Shown: one piece after another, positions 1-13,244 of the stretch | Position numbering within the stretch: the first letter of the stretch is position 1 | How the letters are laid out: each line of letters opens with the position of its first letter | Assembly (NCBI GenBank): GCA_965153285.1 | Contig: OZ229115.1 | Source of the DNA: Podarcis tiliguerta | Taxonomy: Eukaryota | Reading direction: 5' to 3' (one strand) | Length of the DNA: 64,000 nucleotides | The notes under the pieces: model-generated | Database searches by the model: none | What the model was told of the DNA's origin: nothing | The model's input: the letters and a program-made list of their open reading frames with translations, nothing else | Position numbers and translations under genes: made by a program

Positions 1-76
1 AAGGTATTTACTTACAGACTGACCATAACTTGGTTAAACCAAAGTATTTGCATAAGTCAAATCAGTTCCATGGATC

Positions 77-77
<1 letters not shown>

Positions 78-108
<31 letters not shown>
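78..108 (+). repeat. (GT)n microsatellite
   Basis: Direct reading. Confidence 0.95.
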
Positions 109-109
<1 letters not shown>

Positions 110-1428
110 ATCAAAAGACCATGAAGTTCAATTCAAGAAATTCAGCCTAACTGGTTTGTGTACCAGGCAGTTGAAAACCTACCAGATAACTTAGCACCAT
201 TAACTAAATTTACCATACTGTTGGTAACAGACAAGAATTATGCTATATAAAACAGAGCTTAGTCAAAAATGCTAGTTAAAAAGGGCAGCAGTTCCAATAG
301 CGTAGGCAGCAGACAAAGCAAGTGTACTGGAATAAAGGAGCTTGCTTCTTTTGCAAATCAATCCTTTTTAAAGTGCTGTGTTGTTCTTTGAACATACACA
401 GCTTAAGACATCTTGGACAAATCTGATTTGGGGAAAGGCAAGATGCTGAATCTGGACTACAGTAATTTGCCCCAATTCGGCAGCGATCCCTTGCTATATT
501 GGGACCTATATGAACAGATCAGATGCATGTGACTCAGAAGAGTCATTCAAGGTGATCACCATTGACACTCTCTTCTGGATAGTGATGCACGCTCCCAGCA
601 TTCTTGAAATACAGGTAGGAACTGTTATCTTCCAGGTGCACTCAACAATCCTTGGATCAGAACCACTATTATTTAAGTATTAGCTCCAAAGAATTTGATG
701 ACATTTAAATAAGTTTTAGTTGGTATTAAGGCCAAGCAGAATCAAGGAAGGAATAAACCCAGCCTATGACTGTGTCAAACAATCAGACAACCAGGGATAA
801 AGTGAAATACTCATTTCTATCAGAGATTCCCCACTAAAAGATGCTAAACATCTGAAAAAACTCAGCTGTGATTCTCTCTGTTTCAAGTGTATGGGCATAC
901 AGAAGACAAATTACAGAGAAATCTCAGTAAGGCCAGAGATAAGTTATAGCTTTCAAGACAGAGAGGGAAATGGTTTGAGAGATGCTTTGCTTCCCCACTG
1001 TATATACACATTCTTTTGTCTCTCTGTCGCTTCTGGTCAACTAGGTTCTTGAAATAATCCAGTCTCTAAAACCTGCTTCTACTTTGGTAAACAGAGGTAA
1101 ATTCAGCCATTGCAAGAAGCAACCCCTCCTCCAAACTTTCCAGTCTCTGAAAAGATTATTATCTTTAGCCTAAAAAAAACCAAACATGTAAACTCATAGC
1201 ACCCATCTTATTTATGGGATCTGGGTGCTCTAGGCAAATATAACACAAACATTGTAGGAATACTGTTCTTTATATATACTGTATGCCCCACTCTGTGGAT
1301 GGTAATAGTAAACAAGATAGTAACACAGTACTAAGTTTGTGCGTTGTCTTCAAAGAAACAAAATGGAGGTCTCTGACTACCATGAAGTTGTCAGGAAAAG
1401 AGGTCACGAGTAGACGGCATCATATGGA

Positions 1429-1533
1429 TCAGAACTCTGTGCTTTGTACCATCCCATAGGCTTCATACAGCTTGTAGAGAAGCTCCTTTTTTTCTTTCTC
1501 TGGCAAGAAGCTAGACTTGGCAGCATTTATGTT
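1429..1533 (-). CDS. ADA: ADA exon 11, last coding exon ([34 protein letters not shown])
   Basis: [11 protein letters not shown] motif; CAG acceptor; in-frame TGA at 1431-1429; summed CDS is 1083 nt = 360 aa plus stop. Confidence 0.93.
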   Translation of the reverse strand, partial: NINAAKSSFLPEKEKKELLYKLYEAYGMVQSTEF

Positions 1534-2436
1534 CTGCGAAAATTGGAACAAACACAGAAGTGAAGCTCAGCAAGTAGAATATTCTGCTTGTGTCTTAGTA
1601 TGCATTACTAGCCAAGTCTAAGTGAAAGTAATGGATGCAGTTTCCAACCCTACATTTTCAGCTTTTCGTTAAGTGGGAAAATGACAGCCTTTTAAAAACA
1701 GTCTTAGCTTAGCTGGGATTAAGTCCCGCTACTCCTGATTAGACATGCAAAGTGGAGCACTTTAAGAAGCACACACAGTCATATTCCAGAGATCTAGTAA
1801 TCAGTTGATGCAACACTGTGTTATGCCAAGTGAGAGCAATGATCCATCTATCTATCAGGACTAGTGAGGGCTCTATGGAATCAAAGGTAGCATTTCCCCA
1901 GTGCTGCTCCTACCACAGAACTTTTAAGTAGAGATTCCAGGGATTAAAGCTGGGACCTCCAGCATGCAAATTATTATTACCAGATTTTTCTACCACTACT
2001 ACAAAACTTCTGTAATCACGATCACACGCAAGGAATGGAGCATTAGAAATCAGAGAGGTTCCTGGTGGGAAAATCAAAGTTTCAATCACTTGGCCCACTT
2101 CTCATTCCAGCGGCCCACCATCACTGCCACCAGCTCCAAGGGAAACCTAAGTGTGCAGAAATGCACATGGTTCTCTCCTTTCAGTTGTCCATGCCTAATA
2201 TACAGATGTCGGGGCTGCGGCAGGGGAAAGCTGTGCGACAAAGCAGTACAGCCCTGCTCCCTGATGGGATGGGGGATATGCATTGGCTTATAAATTAAGG
2301 ACCCATTAAAAATCAAACAAATGTTTTCCTTGCCTGACCAATTTTATGCCTTTGCTGGTCATTCCTATGCTATGGGACATGTCCAAGTTGCCAGTGTTAG
2401 GGTTCTGAGTTTCTAATACCTTTCTCATTACAGCTA

Positions 2437-2670
2437 CAGTGGTACCTCTGGTTACGTACTTAATTCATTCCGGAGGTCCGTTCTTAACCTGAAACTGTTC
2501 TTAACCTGAAGCACCACTTTAGCTAATGGGGTCTCCTGCTGCCGCTGGAGCACGATTTCTGTTCTCATCCTGAAGCAAAGTTCTTAACCCAAGGAAATAT
2601 TTCTGGGTTAGCGGAGTCTGTAACCTGAAGCGTATGTAACCTGAAGCATATGTAACACGAGGTACCACTG
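2437..2670. mobile_element. Tc1/mariner (Tigger/pogo-type) MITE
   Basis: TIR CAGTGGTACCTC...GAGGTACCACTG with TA TSDs. Confidence 0.85.
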
Positions 2671-4259
2671 TACAAAGGTTTATACTTCTCATTTGTTCTC
2701 ATATTACTGTCTGTGTCAAAATGACTTCAGGTCTGGGGCATTACGCAGGGATCATAGACAGGAACAAGTGGACTCCCAACCTGTCCTCATGGGGTGACCC
2801 TTAGCGGTAAGGGCTCACATTTCAACCTCTTTAAACGGCTGGGTGGTCCCTGCCACATCTCCTGGTTAGTCTCCGTAGATGAGAGAAGCAGACTACACTA
2901 TGAGCTGCCCTATGTTAGTGGCCTTCTTCCCCCCAAACTTCTTACCTGCCAGGCTGGTGTGAACCACTGGCAGCAAACCATGGTGATGCACAAAAGTTGG
3001 AGCCTTGTGGGCTTATTGTTCAAACTAAAATACTGCTCTGAGAGCGCAGCAATGCAAGCAATAGATGGTTCCGTGTTTTGACTTCCAGAAGCAGTTTAAC
3101 TGCTGATCTCTGGAAGCAAGAACCTATCACCTCATTTTTTGTAAAGTGCCAGATATGTTGGTAGTGGTGCTACATAAATAACATGTCATATGCTGGCTTG
3201 TTGGCTAAACGATGTGGTGACTCAGCACTCTCTTTCCTCCTGACATGTAATGTGCCTGCCAAGATGAGTCAACATTTCTCCAGAGAGATTGTAAACGGAG
3301 ATTGTTTTTCTGGCTTGTAGTGAAACTGAGCACTTGTCTCCATTTGCATGCCTTGTGCCTTTGTTTTCATAAGTCAAACCCTAATATATTTTCTGCATAT
3401 CCACATGCTTTCTTCCTACATAGTTCTTCCTTTTTATGGGCACAGTGTTTAAAATAAACAATTATATCCATGCTCCCACATACCAAGTCAACAAGGCTCT
3501 TGGGGTGAATGGGCAGATATGTGCCCATTTTTTAAAAAATGACTAAGCAAAGAACTGACAGTTCTGGAAAAGAAGGAAGAAGGGCTGAATGGGTGGGTAA
3601 GTAGAAATTCAGCTAAAAATGGTTTCAAGAATGGGTGAGGAAACACTCCAGCTATGAAGTGGGGAGGAGGACAATGGCTGCAATAAAGGACACTGTGTCT
3701 TGTAATAAGCACTTGAATGAGTATATATAGAATTACTCTTCTCAACAACTCCTTAATGAGTTAAGAAGCACTCCACTTCCTGGTTATTTTATTATCTGAA
3801 GTAAGGAGCTAAATCTATCAGTCAGAGCATGGGTTGAAGTGCATCAGTGCTTTACACAATGACAAAGTTTATGAACATATGCAGATACAGATTGTGAATT
3901 AAGATGTCCATTTACAAAGCAGTAACCTTTCTGCAATGGTCTTATAATTATGTGGTGAGCTGACTGACTACTGCGCCTGTCTATATGGCGTTAAGAATCT
4001 CACCATACCTCTACAATGTAGAGTTGTGATTTGGTGCAGGTGTGGGGTACAATTCACGGAAATGGACAGGCTGCAGATGTGGCTCTATGCCCATTATGGT
4101 GAGCTCCTATAAGGCCATTTCTGTTTTGGAGAAGTAACTTTGAGAAGATTTACTTTGGCTGCAGATCGAAGCACAGCTTACTTGGAAGTCAGCTATTCTT
4201 TCAAAGCAAAGATGTTTAGGATCAAGCACAACCAATGCAAAAAACCGAAACCAATTTAC

Positions 4260-4389
4260 CAGCCTCTTGAATTCTTCCTCAGTGAAGCCCATGCAATCAC
4301 GAGCTATTTTGTAATCCGTGTTAACTGTGGAGTTGAAAATGAGTGGATCATCCGTGTTCAAGGAATAATTTGCTTCATCTTTCATAAAC
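4260..4389 (-). CDS. ADA: ADA exon 10 ([43 protein letters not shown])
   Basis: SLNTDDP signature; CAG acceptor, GTAAAT donor; 130 nt. Confidence 0.97.
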
Positions 4390-4572
4390 CTGAAAAAAGC
4401 AGAATTGAAAGAACATCAGGTTTTTTTAAAGAGTATAATTTGCATTTTCCTCGGGGGGGGGGGAAATATAGTGAAGCCTGTTTTCTATCCCACTTGTATT
4501 GAGCCTCCTAGACAATTTCCATTAAACTACAGTCCAAACACCAAATATACTTTTTATTTATTTTTCACTGTA

Positions 4573-4780
4573 CAGTCATACCTTGGGTTACAGACGCATT
4601 GGGTCGCACGATTTCAGGTTGCGCATCGCACAGAACCCAGAAGTACCGGAACGGGTTACTTCCGGGTTTCGGCGCTTGCGCAGAAGCGCTAAATCGCGAC
4701 CTGCGCATGCATAGATGCGGTGCTGCGGGTTGTGAACGTGCTTCCCGCACAGATCACATTCACAACCCGAGCGTCCCCTG
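4573..4780 (+). mobile_element. Tc1/mariner MITE, family 2
   Basis: TA|CAGTCATACC...GCGTCCCCTG|TA; homologs at 30457-30654 (-) and 61112-61372 (+). Confidence 0.8.
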
Positions 4781-5373
4781 TACAATAATGTGACATGATA
4801 CAACACGTTTCAAGTAATCCGCAGAAAATATCACAGGGGGAGAAATCACTAAAAAATGTTTTATCATACATCAAATCATATTACGTTTTCTCAGATCTTA
4901 AGAATAATATAAGATCCAATGTATATTTTCTTGTCATACTGTGTTACTTTTCTTTGTTATAGAAAAGACAAATTAGATAAAGTGCTAACTGAATGCTCTA
5001 GAAGGCAGACGGCTTTCTCAGAAGTGGCATCCTCCCTGTGGAACAGCCTTCCTTCAGATGCCAAGGAGATAAAGAACTACACAACTTTTAGAAGACTTCT
5101 GAAAGTAGCCCTGTATCAGGAAGTTTTAAATGCTTATTATGTTGCTATATATGCTGTAAGCCACCCAGAGCAGCTGGGAAAACCCAGCCAGATGGGCAGT
5201 GTATAAATAATAAAATTATTATTATTATTAGATGGCAAACTGGGAGGCTTAAACCTCATGGCTCGCCTCAGTATTAGGATTTGAGCTGATAACTGGGTAG
5301 TGATTTTGATCCAATAAGTGAGAAGTAATGTCAGAATAATTAAATAAAAAAAAACCCCAACCCAAATCCTTAC

Positions 5374-5441
5374 CTTACTAATGGATGCTTACAGAAGCTG
5401 GTTTGGCATGCACTAGTGAGGTGACTAGACCAAGGACAGAT
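5374..5441 (-). CDS. ADA: ADA exon 9 (ICPWSSHLTSACQTSFCKHPLV)
   Basis: CPWSS motif; CAG acceptor, AG|GTAAGG donor; 68 nt keeps frame into exon 10. Confidence 0.93.
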
Positions 5442-5669
5442 CTGTATATTTATATAAAAAACAAAACAGAATCAGTACACATCCCCTTTAAAATACCTAT
5501 GTTCATAACTCAGAAATGCTGGGCAGTGGCTGTCAGTGAAGGGAGAATATACTGAGCTGGATGGACTAATGGCCTGCCTTGATACAAGGCAGCTTCCTCT
5601 GTTAATATCAACTGCAGCTATTATCTGGTTCACGTAACAGAGTTGGAGACTTGAAAGACATTCCATTAC

Positions 5670-5771
5670 CTCGAAATGCATATTTTCTTCCAATAGCCGT
5701 TTATATAGACTTTCATCTTCCAAGACATGGTAGCCATGGCCAATTCGCTCTGCCTTTAGGATGTTGACTGC
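5670..5771 (-). CDS. ADA: ADA exon 8 ([34 protein letters not shown])
   Basis: RIGHG motif; TAG acceptor, GTAATG donor; 102 nt. Confidence 0.97.
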
Positions 5772-6895
5772 CTATAATGAAAGACAGGGAGTGGTGGGAA
5801 TGTAGAATCAGCTTTTTGCTAATTAGGTTACTCACCTTTGCACAGTTCACGATAACTACAGCCCACAGCATTAAAGTGAGAGCAGCTCTATAAATTGTTT
5901 TGAGCTATTACTCCTATTATATAAGGTATACTTATCACAGTCTGCTAAAAGCTTATTTAGAAACACAGCCATACTATGTATGGCACAGGCCTTCTGGAGA
6001 CCCCCCCAAAAGCCTTGGATTGTAATATTTAAAAAAGTGGGAGACTATGGTTTAGTTTGTCATTACATGAACAAGCATTGGGCTCACACATTCCTTCCTC
6101 TCTTTATGATCTCCAATGCACTGTCTTTTGCAAATAGCAATAGTTGTCTTACCTGAAAGATTAAGCTATGTAGCTTGCACTCAAATCACAATCAAATTCG
6201 AGAGATGGGTGGAAGACAGAAATTAAACACCTGGTATAACTTTTTTTGTCTTTTTACAGAAGTGGGTGCAGCTCTGTTTGCCTCTCCTGAGTGGATTACT
6301 CCTGTGAAATTACACCACACAATGGTGGCTTTTTTTTTTTTTTTAAAGGAACAGTTTATAACTGTTTTGATTTTTTGTAAGAATTAGATGAAGCATACAT
6401 GCATGTTTGCCCCTTGTGAGGAGACGAATCCCACCAAATCTCAGAAGGGTAGCTGCAGAAATCTTCTTGCAAGGGCAGCTCTTACAGTTTGGGGTGTGTG
6501 TAACAAAAAAGAGAGGAATCATTTAGTCTCCCTTAGCATCCTGTGGTCTGAAAATTGCAGATATGAGAGGTGGCTCTAGGTAAAAGTATCAAAATTGCAC
6601 ACAAATTGGTCTAGCCATTTTTTAACTAGGCACCTTTAAAGTTGAATGGAAGGGAGAAAGAACTAAATAGGATTCACTTTCCACCCTCAAGACGATGGAA
6701 ATGGAGAGTCTAGGTAAAATTGTTCCCTCTGATTACAAACTTGACCTATCAGTCACAACAGAGCTCTCCTTCCACCCTCTCTCCCATCGTTCAGATCATA
6801 CATTCTACAGTTTGCTGTATATTCAGTGTCAATTGTCAGCTTTTCCAATGACACAACATCCTTTCTTTTTTTTGTCCTGCAGTACAACTTCTTAC

Positions 6896-6967
6896 CTCCT
6901 TGACAACCTTGGGTGGCCCAACCTCACCAGCATGGACAGTTCGATGAATGCCATATCTTTCAGCTTC
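6896..6967 (-). CDS. ADA: ADA exon 7 (EAERYGIHRTVHAGEVGPPKVVKE)
   Basis: TVHAGE motif (Zn-His and catalytic Glu); CAG acceptor, GTAAGA donor; 72 nt. Confidence 0.97.
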
Positions 6968-8347
6968 CTGAATAAAAGGAAACACAAGGAAGAGAATAAA
7001 AACTGACTGGCAAATGCTAGAGATCCATAGAATTTCTCAAGGTAGCATTTGCTACCTTATCTTTCTTTGGCTGTAGTCTAAGTAGAGCTGCTAAAAACTG
7101 GAATATGCACAATAGAAAAATCTGCTTAAAATTGGTATTTCTCCCGAAGAGGAAAATTTGTTATTTTATTAAAATACATGTAAAACTAAAGATTGTCACT
7201 TTTTGCTTCACAACAATCATGATAAAATGTGTAGCAAAATACCACTTAATGCCAAAATAGGCTTCAAAGTGGTTTACAAAATATAAAAAACACAATAAAA
7301 AACACAATTACAGCATTGTTAAAATACCCAATAAAACCATTCCATTAAAACATAAACATGTGGAATTAAACTATGCAAAAAAGCTCCTTGGAGATTAAAA
7401 AAAGGAGACTGCTTGAAAGTTCTTGGGCATGTCTTCAAATGCTGGTGGAATAACTTCATTGTAGCCGAAGGTAACAATGATACCAAGATTTTTCAATAAG
7501 CCTAGCAGCAGTACATTTCCTTCCCTATCTCCTTCCCACTTTTATGTGTTCTGGCACCTTTCCTCCACTCTTTCCAGGCATGGTCTGTGCTTTAAATCTT
7601 CGTGTCTGAGCACACGCACAACCTCCGAGTTTTCCCTGAAAAAACCCACTCTTTAAATCTTAATTGGAGGAAACGGCAAAACACAGAAAAACTGAATTGA
7701 CGTGCTAAAGTGCAAGTTTCACAGGGAAAGCTGTGCAGGTTGCGGGGCAGTGGCAAATGCTTGGACAAAGAGGTTTTAAGCGTGGATCTGTGCCTAGAAA
7801 GATTGGGGCAAAAAGTAAGCATGGACAAGCTTTTAGTCTGGAAGAAAATGTATTTCCCTCATCCCAAGAGTCTTAAGTCTTTCACAGCAGAGCCTAGCAT
7901 CAGTCGGTGGCACCCAAGAGTCCTTGGCTAAAACTGGTGGAGCGCCTGTATAACCTCTACCCCATGTATAACTGTTCACATGGTTGATTAAAAAAAACAA
8001 ACAGCAAAAGCATATTGATTTATACCCGAGTAAATCTACAGAGAGGAGTAACTACACCAATCTTCTATTTGGAAAGCTTTAGCCAGACATTTCTTATCTC
8101 TAGTCTCAGTCTGTGACTGAAGGTTTGCTAGCAGTTGGGATTAGGTTCTCGTACCTGTAGACCAGTCCCGTTTTAATAAAAAGATGTAGCAAGTTTTACA
8201 TGAGTGCATGATAATAAAACCCTGGAATGGGAGTCTTATATGTTGTTCTTCTCAGATTGCATGTAAGGCAGGCACTGAGGGTTTTGAACTACCCAGCTCC
8301 CCCCAATCCTGTTCTTTTGGCTCCTTACTCATATCATCTGAACAAAC

Positions 8348-8472
8348 CTCATAAGCCTTCCGATGATCTGGGTAGGTCTCAGCATTTATCAACTCATCGC
8401 CAGCTAAGTCTATAGCAACCACTGTATCATTCTTATACTTCTTACACAGTTCCACCACTTCCAGTGACCAGC
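8348..8472 (-). CDS. ADA: ADA exon 6 ([41 protein letters not shown])
   Basis: [10 protein letters not shown] motif; CAG acceptor, GTTTGT donor; 125 nt, frame-consistent. Confidence 0.96.
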
Positions 8473-8532
8473 CTGGAAAGAAAAGCACAACAATCTTGTA
8501 AGGATGCAGCTGAGTTTCTGCAGCTGCCAATG

Positions 8533-8535
<3 letters not shown>

Positions 8536-8566
<31 letters not shown>
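8536..8566 (+). repeat. (AC)n microsatellite
   Basis: Direct reading. Confidence 0.95.
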
Positions 8567-8567
<1 letters not shown>

Positions 8568-8662
8568 ATGTATAGGAAAATATTTGGCATACAAAAACAT
8601 CACTTTGTTTTCTAGAGTTTCCCTCCTTTGACAAGGCCTTCTGAGAAGATCAGGCAATTGTT

Positions 8663-8863
8663 GGTAAGGTAAAAAGGTAAAGGACCCCTGGACGGTTAAG
8701 TCCAGTCAAAGGTGACTATGGGGTTGCAGCGCTCATCTTGCTTTCAGGCCAAGGGAGCCGGCATTTGTCCACAGACAGCTTTCCAGGTCATGTGACCAGC
8801 ATGACTAAACCACTTTTGGCACAATGGAACACCGTGATGGAAGCCAGAGCGCATGGAAATGCC
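8663..8863 (-). mobile_element. Sauria SINE 3' half
   Basis: Reverse-complement tail aaaggtaaagg and matching body. Confidence 0.85.
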
Positions 8864-9858
8864 CACCTTGCTTTGATAGAGAACAATTAAAAAAACACAC
8901 ACCATGATTCTATAGAAAGAACATTATGCAGGCCACTAAGCTATCCAGAATCAGAGAAAAATACAAATCCTAAAATGGTCTCCTGTGAAAAAAGTAAACT
9001 TGCAACAATAGCTATTTTTACAAAAGCTGTGAAGTCCAGAGGTCAGGAGTTCAGAGAATGCCAAGCATCTGGTTAGGTGTGATTTAATTGGGTCAGCTGC
9101 TAGACAAAATAGAAAGCAGATGGGAAGATAAATATAAGCCTCTTCTAAAATACTGAGGACATCTTAATAGTGTGTGTATGAGAGGATGGGGAGGAAGATT
9201 TGCGGTATAATTGCAAACATTGCTGGAAAGCAGTTTCTGCCAGAACCCTTTCCGTTTCTTGGTTTTCAGCAACTCTAGTTATGATTTCATAGAAAACTGT
9301 AAGTTTGGCATGCAACCAAACTCAGCAAACACTCTGGATGCACCATGATTTTTTAAAAAATCTAGAATCCCATCAATTATTGCATTACTCTACTCACTCC
9401 TTCGTGCATGGACCACTATAATTTATGCATGATTACAAGTCGGAGAAAAATGACACACTGTATTTCATTGATCCAAGCCAAGGGTTCCCAAACTGTGGTC
9501 TGTGGACCACCAGTAGTCCAAACTTCATTCAGACAGTCCATGACATGTCTGGATTTGTGGCTGAAGACAGTTGAAGATGGGAGATGGCACACCCATCACA
9601 TTAAAATTTCACACTGATTTTTAACTCTATATTTATTGTGTCTTTTATTTCTTATATATTGTATTTTCTTGTATTATTCTATGGAATTCAAACTGAAATA
9701 CAATAAACAGGGTGCACCCGGGGTGTTAGCTGAGTTTGTTTGAATGCAACGCAGACAATTTTTAAGAAATAAAAATATAACTGGTTTCCCTAAAAGCCAA
9801 TTAATGGGAAGTGTTCTGACAGAAGCTGTTTTCAAGCACTGTTTACAGGTATACAGTA

Positions 9859-10137
9859 CAGTGGTGCCTTGCAAGACGAAATTAATCCGTTTCGCGAGTC
9901 GCTTCGTCTTGCGGTTTTTTCGTCTTGCGAAGCATGGCTATTAGCGGCTTAGCGGCTATTAACGGCTTAGCGGCTTTAAGATAAAGGAAACAAACTCGCA
10001 AGAACTCGCAAGACGTTTCGTCTTGCAAAGCAAGTCCAAAGGGAAATTCGTCTTGCGGAACGACTCAAAAAACAGAAAACCCTTTCGTCTAGCGAGTTTT
10101 TCGTCTTGCGAGGCATTCGTCTTGCGGGGTACCACTG
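9859..10137 (+). mobile_element. Tc1/mariner MITE, family 3
   Basis: TA|CAGTGGTGCC...GGTACCACTG|TA; internal TTAGCGG repeats; homolog at 62233. Confidence 0.85.
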
Positions 10138-11309
10138 TACTGCATTCTCTCTCTCACGCACACACCCAACTTCAAAAAGCAACACCAACAAACTTTCTTT
10201 CTTTCTTTTTTACAACTGAAGACGTCCAAGTAATTGCTATATTAGTGAATCAAATGTAGTTTTGTTTAAATATTTTGCTTTTTATTGTACCACTTCCTAA
10301 GTGCTCTGGGTAGACAACTGTTCAAGGAAAGCAAACCATCAAAACTAATCAGCTAATTAAAAAAACAGTATACAGTCACTCTAGATCTTTTCCGCCTTTA
10401 TTATTTGGTTATTGAATACCAGCTGAAACAGGAAGGTATTGCATCGTTCACGCTTAGACAGACTTTAAGGCAATGGGAGGTTTACAGCCTTTTAACCCAA
10501 CAAGAACACCTCTTTGCATGTTATTTAACGTAGGCATAGAGGACAGTTGGTCTTCTATCTTAAACATTAACTTCAAAGGTCCATATAGCGAAATATGTCT
10601 GCTGTTGTCTAATCTAAACAGCTTCCATGCTTTCTTACGCTGAAGCGCTATCCCTGCATTAAGGTCATGTATATCAGAGTGTTTGAAAGAACAAGGGGAA
10701 GGATATCTCATTATCTAATCTGTAACTGCAAAGGTTCTTTTCATTATTGCCCTGGGCCAACCGCAAGGAAAATAAAGGAGCAGTGAGTTCAAATATTTTC
10801 TTCAGGCAATAGTTAACTTATAATTGAGACTTGACTGTTTAGGTCAGACTTTATTGGAGAGGACCTCCTCAAGAAGATATCTTCAGGAGATACTCACAAC
10901 TGCTTCCTATTATTTATTTTTTTACATTTGTTAGTCAATTTCCTCTAGACATGCTTGTTACCACATAATTCCATAGCTGGCTTGAAAGCAGTATTATTGC
11001 TCATTGCTCAATTATAGTTCTGAGTAAGCACAGGGTTAGCACAGAAGTCACAATGGAGTTAGTTATGCAAGTGACTATATCTGTACTGCGGATTATCTTG
11101 GCCCTGAACTTGAGTCATTCCAGCCACAATGCCAATCATAATATCAGAGCTGTCAGATTTCCACACACTAACAGGAAAGTGTGACCCTTTCCTTATAAAG
11201 CAGTGGATTAACTCTGTCCTGACAAGTCTCAGTATAAATGCCAATACATTTTCAGAAGCTTAATATGGAAATCACTTAATCAATAACCATAGCAGTCAAT
11301 TCTGTGACT

Positions 11310-11830
11310 TCCAGCTGTGAGCTAAAAGGAAGGCACGTTTGATCAACTCCCATCTGGAATCAACTCCCACTGTGATCAACTCCCATCTGGAAACCTATGT
11401 CCTGACTATGGAAGGATGTGCGGATCCAGAATTGGCCTCAACAGTCCTTTATGGACACACTATTAAGACCATATTCATGGAAGACAATCCTACTCAGCTG
11501 CAAGTGATCACCAAAGAAGAAGCAGCATCTGGTGAAGCAGCCAAAGCACTTCAGGGTTCAATCCTGCCCATATCCGAGGTTCAAATGTGGAAGAGCAGAG
11601 GGATGATCACCCTCCAGCAGATCCAGCCCTGCCAGTGATCCTGAGGAGGTTGCCTGGGTTTCTGGCTGGCTCTGCCATGTAAAACAATCCTGCTATCAGG
11701 AACAGTCAATTCCACGAATATCTCAACGGAACCTTCCATCATCATATTTGCCTTGTCTAAACTGAGCTTCAAATTTATTCATCCACAGCCATCCATCACC
11801 CATTACGGAGGATGCACCTGGTTCAAATGA
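11310..11830 (-). mobile_element. Old L2-clade LINE fragment
   Basis: Reverse complement resembles the same L2 region (GWM..NKLKL..DK); heavily degraded. Confidence 0.55.
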
Positions 11831-12017
11831 AAGGGAGAAATAGGGCAGCCCTACCCATTCTTGTGCCCTCCTGATGTTGTTAGACTACAACTCCCATCAG
11901 CCCCAGCCAACAAGGCCACTGTTTCAAGGATAATGGGAGCTGCAATGCAACAACATTAGGAGGGGACCAGGTTGTGGAAAACTGAAACAGAGTGGGTACT
12001 ATGGTACACTCCACTTA

Positions 12018-12197
12018 CTGTATTTTTCCATGTATAAGACTATATTTCCCCCCAATTTTTTTAAGTTTAAAATTGGGGTTCGTCTTATACATGGAATGTT
12101 GCAACTAAATATATAAATAATTTTATTTCTTAATTTTGGGCTCAAAAAATAGGGGTTGTCTTATACATGGGGGCGTCTTATACATGGAAAAATATGG
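12018..12197. mobile_element. Mariner-type MITE
   Basis: TIR ctgtatttttccatgtataagac / gtcttatacatggaaaaatatgg. Confidence 0.7.
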
Positions 12198-13244
12198 CAC
12201 TTTACATTTTTTATTAATTTATTAAAGTTGCAGTCACTTTATCTTGCCCAAAGCATCTTACAGCCAAAGAGAAACAGACAATAACTCCACATAGATACAT
12301 TGAAACCAAGAGGAAAGAGAAAGACATTAAAAACATCCCACCCACTTCTAAAAAGCCACAGGTAGTTAAAGCCCAAAGGCTTGGTTATAGAGGAACGTTT
12401 TTGCCTGGTGCCTAAAAAGATATAATGATGGCTCCTTATTAAGAACAGCTGTTTGTACTGCACACAGCAAAGCACCTGTTTTTAGGTGTTCCAATTACAA
12501 TATTATTTTTAAAAAAACAGGTGTTTGCTAAAGATGATAGTACAGACAACAGCAGCTTAAACCAAGAGGCTTGACTGATCTGAACTTCTGCCTGTTGCAG
12601 CTTCCTTTCAACTTGCAGTCTAATTCTATGCAAAGTTAGGTATGCCATAGTCCACTCAAATGAATGGACTTAGGTGCACCTAAATATATAGGCTGTAAAG
12701 AGGCTGTTCTAAGTTCCAGGCAATATTTTGAAATCAGCTCAGCAAGATCTTTAATACCTGCCAAAGTTTCAAGGCATAGGCAAAGCTTCACTGACACCAA
12801 CTTTAATTGACTGCTGCTTTCACAAAACTCAAGACAGAAAATTCTCGTTAGCTCAGCAATCTGTGATTAAGATGCTATGCGGACTCTTAATTTATTACAT
12901 AACCATACTTCAGCAAAGAGCAGAGATAAGTTAGCATGTTGTTAACAATTAACTACCTACTGTGTAGTGCTCCGACACATTAAGGCAATTTGTTTCATCA
13001 TTTAATAAAGATCAAACCTCACTGTAATCATTTCAGACACTTCAGCTACATTTAGCAGACATTAATATCCAACCTGCCATTTTCTCCAAAAATTCTGGCA
13101 GCAAACATCTTCTAAGATCAAAATATTTTTAGTCCAGAAAGCAGAACATGAGCCCAGTCCACACTGGGAGGGCACAGTTGCCACTCTACATGCCGCATGT
13201 TCCACTGCTGCTAGCTTGTGAACTATAAACTCTATTTGAAATTA

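Noticed and set aside
5379-5441. Alternative exon 9 donor (TTA|GTAAGG) giving 63 nt
   Set aside because: It would break the frame with exon 10; the donor after 5374 gives the correct phase.
11340-11392. Short direct duplication tgatcaactcccatctggaa
   Set aside because: Local slippage within a decayed L2 fragment with no sign of function.
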